Shown one piece after another: positions 1 through 8,656 of a stretch of DNA of 50,765 bases. The notes beneath the pieces are model-generated. The model saw only the letters and a program-made list of their open reading frames with translations, did no database searches and had not been told where the DNA came from. Source of the stretch: a virus (taxonomy: Duplodnaviria; Caudoviricetes); the IMG/VR virus record IMGVR_UViG_3300032194_000056, positions 1 through 50,765 of that record. One strand, given 5' to 3'. The translations under genes and the position numbers were made by a program. Each line of letters starts with the position of its first letter. Positions within the stretch are counted from its first letter, which is position 1.

Positions 1-3000
1 CGTTGGGGAATGTACCTCTACCACCAATTGGAGTGTTGGTAAGTTCCTTCAGTTCAGAAAGATCGATAGTGTCTCTGGATCCAGGAGATGCCGTGAAAGC
101 GAAGACCTGCTCACCAGGAGTTGCTGCACCAGTCAGAGGCTGGAATGTGTAGGTTGTGCTACCTGCACTACCTGCTCTAGTTCTGTCAGAGAACTGGATC
201 CAAGTTCTGCTGCTATCTCTTCTGAAGATGTTAACAACCGTGGTTCCTCCTCTCAAGTCACCACCAGTTACCTCAAAACCAATTTGAACACCGCCAATAT
301 CAGAGGTGTTAAACGAAACGTAGTTAGAGTTGTAGTTCTGGGTATTAGAGTTGGATGCAAGGACGGGAGACTGACCGCCAACGAATGTAATATCACCACC
401 TGATGCAATCTGTGCAAATGATGGTTGTCCACCTGCACCACCTGTATTCAAACCTGCCCAGGTAACGTCATTTGGATTGGTTGGATAGTTCTTGGGATTA
501 AGAACACCCTCAATAATGACACCTTGAGAACTGTTACCACCCTGCGTGGTGATCTCAATGTTCTTGAGAAGCAACTGTGCTCTGTTGATAAGTTCTCTTT
601 CACCTAGGTCACCAGTGATAGCGTTAGAAACGCTAGGCGACAGTCTGATTAGGAAGATGGTAGATTTGGTGGTTGTGATCTCAATCTCTTTTTCCTGATA
701 GTTAAACAGGTATCCACGATCTTCATCAAATCCACCATCAGTCAGGAATGCAGAACCCCAGTGATTAATCTGTGGAGTTGCTGTGTTAGATAGTAAGATA
801 ACACCAGTGTTTTCTGCGTGAGTAGCAGCAGAACCTGCTTTATAGGTTCTTTGGGAACCTGCAGAGAAGTTGGTGTAGTTCGCAGATCTTGTCAGACCAT
901 TCAAAAGATTTCCAGATTTAGTTGTGTATCTTAAAATCTCGTTGTTAATAAGAAGTGTTCCTGTGTTGGGGAACAAAGTAGCGTCCTTAAGTGTAATGGT
1001 ATCTACTTCTGATTGTAAAAGTTGAGTAGCGAGTCTACCCTTTGCACCTTCGTTAATAACCTCGTAGCGAACGGGTAGGTTGCCAGAACGCATGAACGCT
1101 TCGTTGTTTCTGTTGTTGTTCTTCAGTCTGTGGCAGAAAATAAAGTTACCAGATGGACCTCTAAACATCCAGTCGATGAATCCAGCACCATACCATGTAT
1201 ACTGGAATCCGATCATCTGCATTCTGTTGATCTCAATGTCATATCCAGATTTGCCAGTGCCATCACATCTATCGATGTTCCACTGATACTGTGGAATGAT
1301 AATCTCTTTAGTCAGTGCTGCCTTAACATTAACTGCATTAGTGACCCCTCTGAAGTCTGGGTTCATAGACAACCTGGTATCGTTATCAATCTTGGTAACG
1401 ACGTGAGACATACCACGAACAACAATTCTGTCACCAACAGATAACTGTTCAGTGAACTTGGTATTGGTTCCAGTTAGTTCATTAGAATCAGATGTTGCTG
1501 TTACAGTACCAGCAATCTGGAATGTAGAAGATCTCAAACCAACAGCAATGTTTGCTCCGTCATACTGGAAGAAGATACCGTTCTGGTCATCGAATGCGCC
1601 AGCACGAACCGTAGCACCCTGCCATTTGTACAGAGCGACAACTGGTTGATCGCCAAATGCTGCTGCTGTAGATGCTAGGTTATTCTTCGCAATAACAGTA
1701 AATGTAATCTCATCAATAACCGATGCTACTGTATAACGGTCATTGTATCCTGCCGTGGTCAAACCAGTCAACTGGATTTCTGCACCAACCTGTAGACCGT
1801 GGTTGAGGTCATCTGTGACACAAGTGATGATGCTACCAATTGCAGTGCCATCGGCAGTCACACTCCTTAAGTCATAAGAAGGTGCGAACAAAGCACCAGT
1901 GGTATACATGATACCTTTACCAGACTGGTATCTGATGTACTTCTTGGATTGACGAACTGCCTGTGCGCCGTGAGCAGGAGAACCTGTACCCAACTGAACA
2001 CCACCGTCAAATGGTCTGTGTGTATAGAAAGAATCAGTTCTTGGATATACAGAACCTTGCAGACCAGATTCTGTTACGTTTCCAGTTGCTCTAGCTGTGT
2101 ACGTGAAATTGTTTAGACCAGGTACTTCGTCAACAAAGAATGGACCTGACGCAAGATCGTGACCAGTTGCAGTAGATGTAATCGAAACGAGAACTGTGTC
2201 ACCAGGTACTAGACCATGGTTTGTGGTAAACTCTACATTAATTTTTGCAATAGCAGAGTATGTAACCGTGGAACCTGTTCCAATAGTTGCTGTGGTTGGA
2301 GCACTCAAAGATACTGCTTTGAAGAATACGATAGAGTCTCCAGAAACTGGAACACCAGTAGCAGTAACTGCTGTGATGGTTCCGCTAGAATCAACGTCAG
2401 AAACCGTGATGGTCATATCGTTTACACCAGCAACACCACCTAGAGATACACCAGGAATGATAAATTGATATCCTAGTTTATATCCAGTACCACCATCAGT
2501 AATTTCTGGAGCGTATGCACCAGAGGAGATTCTTGGTGTGAAAGTTGCGTCGAATGCAGTTGGGTTAGCAGCAAAGTTAAGATAAACTTGGTTACCATCC
2601 CATGGTGTACCGCTTGCAGTGATACCAGTGATTCCGCCTTGTGCATCGACAGTTTGAACAGTAATGGTAAGATCGTTAACACCATCTGTACCACCAAGAA
2701 CACTGCCTAGAATAGTAATAGTGTCAGTGTTTGCATAAGATTGACCTCCGTTGGCAACAGTAACATTATAAGCAGGTGTGGTCGTATTATTTTCGTTAGG
2801 GGTTACGGAATTCGTAACCATAGTCTGTGTATCTGCTGTAGTGCCGCCAGCATCTTCTGTGAGGACAGCAATAGTAAATGCAGTTCCTGCAGTTAGTGCT
2901 GTTACTGTTAGAGTTCCACTGGTTGCTCCTGTTTCTGCATATACAATACTGGATGCATTGATTGCAGTAATCAAACCATTTCTAACAGCAGTGATTGTAT

Positions 3001-4921
3001 CACCTGTTTGTGCTGTATAAGTGTAATCTGTTGTACCGTTGATGGTAACTTTGAATGTATCATCAGCTTCAATAGTTCCGCCGATAATAACTTCATCTAC
3101 CTGTGCTGTGCTTTGTCCAGAACCAACTCTCTCGATTTGGAAACCAGCGTTGATACCAGATCCAGATGTGCTGGACTGTTCAACACCATTATAAGTTTGA
3201 CTAGAAGGAACAGCAGTACCAGTGACATCGAAGGTATCAACTTCGCCGTTTGCACCAACACCAGTAATGTGAATGTTGAGATCGTTGAGTGGGGATGTAC
3301 CGCCAAGTGCGTTACCATAAACAACTAGATCTTCACCAACAGAATATCCTTGACCTGCTCTCGAAAGAGTAGCAGAAGGAGTTCCTGCCCATGTGATGCT
3401 TACGATAGATCCATTTGCATCAACAGTCTGGATAGTAATTGTTAGATCGTTAGTAGTGTCTGCACCACCTAGGGATGTGCCAGGAATGACGATAGTTTCA
3501 GTTGCAGAATATCCTGTACCAGCATTCTGTGGGAAGACATTCTGATAAGAGGGAGATGCGCCACCAATTCTTTCAATACTAAATGTAGCGTTTTGTCCTA
3601 GACCAGTATATGCTCCTGTGTTGACATCATTGTAGAAGTTTTGTGGATTAACTACGACAGTGGTGTATGCACCATTAGATCTAGTAATGTCGAACGATGC
3701 ACCATTACCATTACCAAAGTTAGATCCAGCAGCAGCGATTGCTTGAGATACAAAACTATTACCAGTTTTATCAACTTGATATGGAGAAGATAAAGTAACT
3801 ACATTACCATTGATATTGGTAACAAAAATAGTTTGTCCAGAACCATCGTCTAAACCAGAACCCACTTCGATGGAAGCAGTATCATTAAATGTGATCTCCG
3901 ACACTGGAGCAGTGAAAGAGTCTGTAATGTTTAGAGTAGCATCTGTATCGATAACAGCAGTTACCTGTGTACCACTAGCAATACCAGTTCCTCCAAGAGG
4001 AGCACCGATTGGAGGTAATGTAGAGTTTCCGTCCACACCGAGTCTTGTAGCGCCAGTAGAAGCAGCTCCTCTAGTTGCAAAGTTTCCACTAGCACCTTGT
4101 GTTACTACAGTAAAAGTGGGGTTAATTCCAATTGCAGCACCAGTGTAGAATCCTGCTTGCTTCAGAACAGTGAAAGAAGACAGCAATGGAGTAGCAGCAG
4201 TAGTGCCTACCTTTGCTTTGGCGTAGTAGGTAAACTGCGTTACACTAGGAACAGAGTCAATGATGAACGAACCTTCTGCTTTTGCGAAACCAGAAACAGA
4301 ATCGTCCAGACCCTTGATAGAAATAGGATCTCCAACAACTAGACCATGATCGAGAACCGTATCAACGGTAATTTTAGAAGGACCGATACCACCGCTTCCT
4401 TGAGAAGCATCGGTTGTTACAGCAATTAGACCGATATCAGATCCAGGAACTTCGTAGATAGAAGGATAACCGCGCAGCAGGTCAAGAGACTGCCACTTGG
4501 TTGGTTGAATGCCATACTCAAAGTCAGCGTCAAGCATCGATTGAGGTTCTGCAAACCTCATACGTTCGATAGCATCAGTACCGAAGTCGTATGGTCTAGT
4601 TTTTTGTTCTTCGGCTTCCACAAAGATAAGGATATTATCTGATGGGAAGTGAGAAGAGGTATCATACAGGAACGTGATGGTGGTCACACCATTCGATAAT
4701 GTGTTACTGTATGGAAAGTCTGGGTCAGAACCGTCTGATGTTGATGTGAAGGCTACCGAAATCGGTAAGGAAGGATCACTGAAGTTATATAAGAAGACGT
4801 TCTTGGTAGCATTGGTAATCAGCAGAATCTGATCGACATCTACCTTGTCCAGGATCTTTAGAGTACCAACACCAGCGATACCTGGGGAGAATACATAGTC
4901 TCTAATTTGTCGTTTTGCCAT
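1..4921 (-). CDS. Very large virion structural protein (>1640 aa, 3' end truncated by window edge), fibre/baseplate-associated
   Basis: Missing from the ORF track because it runs off the window. ATG at 4921 has GGAG upstream and begins MAKRQIRDYVFSPGIAGVGTLKILDKVD...DADFEYGIQPTKW. The same frame reads ...ELTNTPIGGRGTFPN at position 1. Gly/Thr/Ser-rich, with four GxxY..IxG..LGG...NDL(T)I repeats at about 2380-3530. I checked both ends and sampled the middle, not every codon. Confidence 0.85.
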   Translation of the reverse strand, partial: MAKRQIRDYVFSPGIAGVGTLKILDKVDVDQILLITNATKNVFLYNFSDPSLPISVAFTSTSDGSDPDFPYSNTLSNGVTTITFLYDTSSHFPSDNILIFVEAEEQKTRPYDFGTDAIERMRFAEPQSMLDADFEYGIQPTKWQSLDLLRGYPSIYEVPGSDIGLIAVTTDASQGSGGIGPSKITVDTVLDHGLVVGDPISIKGLDDSVSGFAKAEGSFIIDSVPSVTQFTYYAKAKVGTTAATPLLSSFTVLKQAGFYTGAAIGINPTFTVVTQGASGNFATRGAASTGATRLGVDGNSTLPPIGAPLGGTGIASGTQVTAVIDTDATLNITDSFTAPVSEITFNDTASIEVGSGLDDGSGQTIFVTNINGNVVTLSSPYQVDKTGNSFVSQAIAAAGSNFGNGNGASFDITRSNGAYTTVVVNPQNFYNDVNTGAYTGLGQNATFSIERIGGASPSYQNVFPQNAGTGYSATETIVIPGTSLGGADTTNDLTITIQTVDANGSIVSITWAGTPSATLSRAGQGYSVGEDLVVYGNALGGTSPLNDLNIHITGVGANGEVDTFDVTGTAVPSSQTYNGVEQSSTSGSGINAGFQIERVGSGQSTAQVDEVIIGGTIEADDTFKVTINGTTDYTYTAQTGDTITAVRNGLITAINASSIVYAETGATSGTLTVTALTAGTAFTIAVLTEDAGGTTADTQTMVTNSVTPNENNTTTPAYNVTVANGGQSYANTDTITILGSVLGGTDGVNDLTITVQTVDAQGGITGITASGTPWDGNQVYLNFAANPTAFDATFTPRISSGAYAPEITDGGTGYKLGYQFIIPGVSLGGVAGVNDMTITVSDVDSSGTITAVTATGVPVSGDSIVFFKAVSLSAPTTATIGTGSTVTYSAIAKINVEFTTNHGLVPGDTVLVSITSTATGHDLASGPFFVDEVPGLNNFTYTARATGNVTESGLQGSVYPRTDSFYTHRPFDGGVQLGTGSPAHGAQAVRQSKKYIRYQSGKGIMYTTGALFAPSYDLRSVTADGTAIGSIITCVTDDLNHGLQVGAEIQLTGLTTAGYNDRYTVASVIDEITFTVIAKNNLASTAAAFGDQPVVALYKWQGATVRAGAFDDQNGIFFQYDGANIAVGLRSSTFQIAGTVTATSDSNELTGTNTKFTEQLSVGDRIVVRGMSHVVTKIDNDTRLSMNPDFRGVTNAVNVKAALTKEIIIPQYQWNIDRCDGTGKSGYDIEINRMQMIGFQYTWYGAGFIDWMFRGPSGNFIFCHRLKNNNRNNEAFMRSGNLPVRYEVINEGAKGRLATQLLQSEVDTITLKDATLFPNTGTLLINNEILRYTTKSGNLLNGLTRSANYTNFSAGSQRTYKAGSAATHAENTGVILLSNTATPQINHWGSAFLTDGGFDEDRGYLFNYQEKEIEITTTKSTIFLIRLSPSVSNAITGDLGERELINRAQLLLKNIEITTQGGNSSQGVIIEGVLNPKNYPTNPNDVTWAGLNTGGAGGQPSFAQIASGGDITFVGGQSPVLASNSNTQNYNSNYVSFNTSDIGGVQIGFEVTGGDLRGGTTVVNIFRRDSSRTWIQFSDRTRAGSAGSTTYTFQPLTGAATPGEQVFAFTASPGSRDTIDLSELKELTNTPIGGRGTFPN

Positions 4922-4936
4922 TTATAAACTCCGTTA

Positions 4937-6076
4937 TTATCCTAGTGCGATAGAGAATGCTACAACTTTACTATCAACGTACTTGCGGTTTGCAGCGTCC
5001 GTTGCGGCAGCAGGATCTGCCAGATTCGTTACTTTATTATTTAGAAGATTCAAATCACCTGCAAATCCTCCCTGAAGAGTCAACTGCCCTTCCATTGTAA
5101 GGTCTCCCGTGGTTCCATCTAATACAACTTTATTAGATCCAGCAATGATATTTCCACTAGTTGCTACTGTACTTGCAGTGACAACTCCACTAGTAGAAAC
5201 ATTGCCTGTTGTCCGTGCTATGTTTACTGGTCCTACATCGAGATCTCCCTTAACAGTCAAAGTAGCTGGTGTAGCATCAGTACCGATAGTAACTGCTTTT
5301 TCTGCTGCTAGAGTTTCTTTGAGTGTTGCTGCCTGTTGTACTTCTAGAGTTCCTCTTAAAAGGGATGCGCCACCTACATCTAATGCTCCACTAACTGTGA
5401 AGTCGGTATCAACTACAGAATAATTGAACTTTGCATAGACAGAAACAGAAAGGTCTGGGTTGTCGGAATAAGCGACAATAGATTGACCACCTCTTACCTT
5501 AATGTCTCTTCTTTGATATGAAAGTCTTGGTGCTAGATCTTGGTTATACTCAATATACTGATCAGAATTAATTACTGGTGCTTGAGTAGAGTCAACAATA
5601 GCAAGTCTAAATCTTGCATTAGATGGACTCTGGTTAGCAACAAATACACTTACCAGTGCTTCTTCATCTGCTGGTACAGCATATAATGTCTTGTTCTGTT
5701 TTGCTGGAGACATTAATGCTGCGGCTACGAATCCAGTTGGTGTTGGATCTGCCTTAATCTGACCATGAAGAACAACTGTGGTGCTAGCACATGTTGACCA
5801 AACAACTAGTGTCTGGTTGTTTCCATAGTAAATGGTATCGGTTTCATAGCTTTCGCCTTCTCCGATCTCATAGTCATAGAGAATATAATTTTCTGGATTG
5901 AAGTCTGTAAGACCTCCAGAAGACACACCAACTCTAATCCTTACTGGATAAGGGTCTTTGTGTGTGAATACAAGTTTACCCTCTACGACCTTTCCTGCTT
6001 CAGCAGTGTGTAGCGCGACTCTCGTTTTAAGGGGTGTAACAAGAGACGCTAAATATCCGAAAGTGGGATTAGACAT
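4937..6076 (-). CDS. Virion structural/fibre protein with two tandem beta domains and a C-terminal fibre-stalk motif
   Basis: 379-aa ORF. The C-terminus NKVTNLADPAAATDAANRKYVDSKVVAFSIALG resembles trimeric fibre stalk motifs. The N-terminal half is a duplicated domain similar to the 106-aa ORF at 16202-16522. Late promoter upstream. Confidence 0.7.
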   Translation of the reverse strand: MSNPTFGYLASLVTPLKTRVALHTAEAGKVVEGKLVFTHKDPYPVRIRVGVSSGGLTDFNPENYILYDYEIGEGESYETDTIYYGNNQTLVVWSTCASTTVVLHGQIKADPTPTGFVAAALMSPAKQNKTLYAVPADEEALVSVFVANQSPSNARFRLAIVDSTQAPVINSDQYIEYNQDLAPRLSYQRRDIKVRGGQSIVAYSDNPDLSVSVYAKFNYSVVDTDFTVSGALDVGGASLLRGTLEVQQAATLKETLAAEKAVTIGTDATPATLTVKGDLDVGPVNIARTTGNVSTSGVVTASTVATSGNIIAGSNKVVLDGTTGDLTMEGQLTLQGGFAGDLNLLNNKVTNLADPAAATDAANRKYVDSKVVAFSIALG

Positions 6077-6080
6077 CTGG

Positions 6081-6109
6081 TTGTCGCTATAGTCCTTCTG
6101 TGTTATACT
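6081..6109 (+). promoter_or_regulatory. Sigma70-like promoter for hldD
   Basis: TTGTCG (6081-6086), 17-nt spacer, TATACT (6104-6109) with an extended TG at 6101-6102. It lies 23 nt before the ATG at 6133. Confidence 0.6.
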
Positions 6110-6117
6110 TATTTATA
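6110..6117 (-). promoter_or_regulatory. T4-type late promoter TATAAATA
   Basis: Exact TATAAATA on the minus strand, 33 nt upstream of the 4937-6076 gene. Confidence 0.75.
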
Positions 6118-6132
6118 CTGGTCTATAATACG

Positions 6133-6957
6133 ATGCCTAAACTGATTACGGGATGCAATGGATTCATTGGAAAGAAATTTGCAGAGAAGCATCAACCTTT
6201 TATTGGCATGGAAGACTTCAATTGCTGGGCAATGCTAGAGTTCTTCAAGGGTTGGGAAGACATTGATGAGATTATTCACATGGGCGCAATCTCTTCTACA
6301 ACTGAAACCAATGAAGAAGCATTGAACTCATACAATGTAGAATTCTCCATTAGATTATTTGAGAAAGCTATTGAGCATGGTATCCCTGTCAAGTATGCAT
6401 CATCTGCTTCTGTCTATGGAAACAAGCATGATGGTAGCATGGATCCACTAAACTTGTATGCAAAGTCAAAAGTTGCTGTAGATCTGTGGGTGTCAGAAAA
6501 TATTGATAGATTTGAACTCATTCAAGGATTCAGATTCTTTAATGTATATGGTCTGGGTGAAGAGCATAAGGGTAATCAACGTAGTCCTGTAAGCAAGTTT
6601 GCAGAACAAGCAGTACAGAATGGTGTGATTGAAATCTTTGAAGGATCTGAAAACTGTAAGAGAGACTTTATCTGGGTCGATGATGTTGTGGACGTTGTGG
6701 ATAACAATGGTGCTGGATCTGGTATCTACGATCTAGGATCTGGACACGTCTATTCTTTCCGACAGGTAGCAGAAATCATTGCAGAAAAATTCGGGGCGGA
6801 GATCAAAGAGATCCCCTTCCCCGAACATCTGAAAGACAAGTATCAATATAATACTATTTCTAATTTTAAGTGGGATGAAAAAGAGTTTGTCTCAATCGAG
6901 ACATACATCAGTCACCTTTCGTTACTCGATAAGAATCAGACTCAAAGTGTGTCGTAG
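6133..6957 (+). CDS. hldD: ADP-L-glycero-D-manno-heptose 6-epimerase (extended SDR family)
   Basis: Motifs ITGCNGFIG (GxxGxxG), HMGAISST, YASSASVYG, YAKSK (YxxxK) and RFFNVYGLGEEHKG are all typical of RfaD/HldD. Start moved to the ATG at 6133 (MPKLITG). Confidence 0.88.
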   Translation: MPKLITGCNGFIGKKFAEKHQPFIGMEDFNCWAMLEFFKGWEDIDEIIHMGAISSTTETNEEALNSYNVEFSIRLFEKAIEHGIPVKYASSASVYGNKHDGSMDPLNLYAKSKVAVDLWVSENIDRFELIQGFRFFNVYGLGEEHKGNQRSPVSKFAEQAVQNGVIEIFEGSENCKRDFIWVDDVVDVVDNNGAGSGIYDLGSGHVYSFRQVAEIIAEKFGAEIKEIPFPEHLKDKYQYNTISNFKWDEKEFVSIETYISHLSLLDKNQTQSVS

Positions 6958-7261
6958 AAAATTCATATAATTCAGAATCTTCTATAGCAATCATTTGATG
7001 TCTCATGCCCCTGGGAATCTCGAAAGGGATCCCAGGGGTTAATATTGTGCGGTCAGCTGTGTAGAAATCATCATCGAAACCATAGTACAAATAAATTTTA
7101 CCTGAATGTAAGTAGAAAGTTTCGTGCTTTAGTTTGTGGTAATGCCAAGAGCACTTCTTACCTTTCTCAAAAAATAAGAGTTTTCCACAATACTTTTCGT
7201 TGTTAACAATCCATTTCTCGTATCCCCATCCTTTGGGTACGTGTTTAACTAAAGAACTCAT
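6908..7261 (-). CDS. Cupin-fold sugar(-phosphate) isomerase-like protein
   Basis: Motifs KGWGYEKWI, CSWHYHKLKHETFY and PRGMRHQ match the cupin metal-binding pattern of mannose-6-phosphate-isomerase-like cupins. Likely start is ATG 7261 (MSSLVK); the ORF track gives 7285. Confidence 0.78.
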   Translation of the reverse strand: MSSLVKHVPKGWGYEKWIVNNEKYCGKLLFFEKGKKCSWHYHKLKHETFYLHSGKIYLYYGFDDDFYTADRTILTPGIPFEIPRGMRHQMIAIEDSELYEFSTTHFESDSYRVTKGD

Positions 7262-7568
7262 GGTCACTGACTCCTTTGTCATCAATGTATATATCGCCAG
7301 AAGGTTTACCTAGATACAGATCGTTGAACATACACCCCCATTCACACAATTGTTTCTTGGTAAACTCGTAGAATTCATCATATGCTTTCTGGCGATCATT
7401 ATTATAGCGTCCCATACCTCTAGCTGTGAAGTAGTATACTTCATGCCCTTCGATGTACAGTTGATTGATTCTACTGATACGATCTGTCCTGGGTCTGGCG
7501 TGAGTATATACAGCATCACCTTCACCAGGGAAACAGATGGTGCCGTCAATGTCAACAACGTATTTCAT
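7245..7568 (-). CDS. Minimal HAD-superfamily phosphatase (candidate heptose-1,7-bisphosphate phosphatase)
   Basis: HAD motifs DIDGT, FTARG and KPSGDIYIDDK in 107 aa. It lacks the GmhB zinc CxH motifs. Confidence 0.78.
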   Translation of the reverse strand: MKYVVDIDGTICFPGEGDAVYTHARPRTDRISRINQLYIEGHEVYYFTARGMGRYNNDRQKAYDEFYEFTKKQLCEWGCMFNDLYLGKPSGDIYIDDKGVSDHEFFS

Positions 7569-8337
7569 TTACATCATCATTAGATAGGACATAAGTGCCG
7601 AAGTGTGTAACGGCAATTGCTGCTGCTTTATTTGCATATGGAATGGCACGATCAATCGTACCAAGCAACAGATAGAAATGTACCAGAGCTGCTAGGAACG
7701 TATCACCAGCACCTGCTACATCAAACACTGGCACCTTAATACCAGGAAAGGTTCTGCCATTGTAAGTACAACCTTCAGAACCTTTAGTGACAATTAGATT
7801 AGGATATTCTCCTTCCAATTCTTGTGCTTCACGATCATTGATTTTAATAAAACAAGTAGTTGGGAGAATAGTTTTCTTACTGTCGATAAAAACAGGACCA
7901 TCAAACCAATCTACCAACTCTTGAATCTTCTCTTGGGAAAGGAATCCTTTGTTATAGTCAGAGATGACCATAGCGTCAAACTTTTCTTTTGGTAGATCCC
8001 ATCCAAAATCTTCTGCCTCATCATTCTCATCCAACCGCATGATCTGCTGGTTAGACTTGGAATCTACATATCGAGTCTTGGTGATCTTTGCCTCATGAGT
8101 CATCATGTAAACATCGTCCCCAAAGGACAGTAGATTCTCTCTGACGTTCCATGCCATGCCCTTGGCATCTTCTACCCTGTCGTAAACCATGACTGGTACA
8201 GGCGCTTCTGGACTGATCCTAGTGACTCTGCCATAGACATATCTGTCCGTACAGGTGTCACCGATAAGGAGTACCTTGAATTGTTTGCGTGGTGGAGTAG
8301 TCTCCTTGTCGATCAAAAAACCGAACTGATTTTGCAT
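7552..8337 (-). CDS. hldA: Heptose-7-phosphate kinase (HldE/RfaE domain I, PfkB family), stand-alone
   Basis: GDTCTDRYVYGRVTRISPEAPVPV (HldE signature), SDYNKG, and DVAGAGDTF (PfkB motif). Start codon uncertain because of an 80-nt overlap with the upstream gene. Confidence 0.85.
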   Translation of the reverse strand: MQNQFGFLIDKETTPPRKQFKVLLIGDTCTDRYVYGRVTRISPEAPVPVMVYDRVEDAKGMAWNVRENLLSFGDDVYMMTHEAKITKTRYVDSKSNQQIMRLDENDEAEDFGWDLPKEKFDAMVISDYNKGFLSQEKIQELVDWFDGPVFIDSKKTILPTTCFIKINDREAQELEGEYPNLIVTKGSEGCTYNGRTFPGIKVPVFDVAGAGDTFLAALVHFYLLLGTIDRAIPYANKAAAIAVTHFGTYVLSNDDVNEIRC

Positions 8338-8656
8338 AGCGTGAACCTACTACTTCTTTTCCTTTCCAGTCGGAACCAACTACCATTGTATCAGGTTTGA
8401 TCGATTCCAGCAACTCCTCTAGCTCTTGTCTGGTGTCAAACGTATGGACCACATCAACATACCTGATTGCTGATAGCATCAGTCTTCTATCGGATTGCGA
8501 AAAAATAGGTCTCTCGGGACCTTTCATTTCTGCTACCTTCCTATCGGAATCAATAGCAACAATGAGATAGTCTCCAAAAGACCTAGCGTACTTTAGAAGT
8601 TCGATGTGCCCAGGATGGAGCACATCAAAACATCCATTTACAAAAGAGATTTTCAT
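8258..8656 (-). CDS. hldC: Heptose-1-phosphate adenylyltransferase (HldE/RfaE domain II), stand-alone
   Basis: NGCFDVLHPGH (HxGH), KGPERPI, VVGSDW and YSTT motifs. Confidence 0.85.
   Translation of the reverse strand: MKISFVNGCFDVLHPGHIELLKYARSFGDYLIVAIDSDRKVAEMKGPERPIFSQSDRRLMLSAIRYVDVVHTFDTRQELEELLESIKPDTMVVGSDWKGKEVVGSRYAKSVRFFDRQGDYSTTQTIQGTPYR

Noticed and set aside
425-5423. Many 60-112 aa plus-strand ORFs here, and similar ones across the window
   Set aside because: They are antisense shadows of long, codon-biased minus-strand genes, with no recognisable motifs or expression signals.
6100-6132. ORF-track N-terminal extension of hldD (MLYLFILVYNT)
   Set aside because: It overlaps the promoter elements. 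The Rossmann motif begins right after the ATG at 6133.
8258-8337. Programmed frameshift at the T6 run fusing HldC and HldA in their 80-nt overlap
   Set aside because: A fusion there would delete the conserved YSTT end of the adenylyltransferase. An independent ATG with a weak SD explains the overlap.
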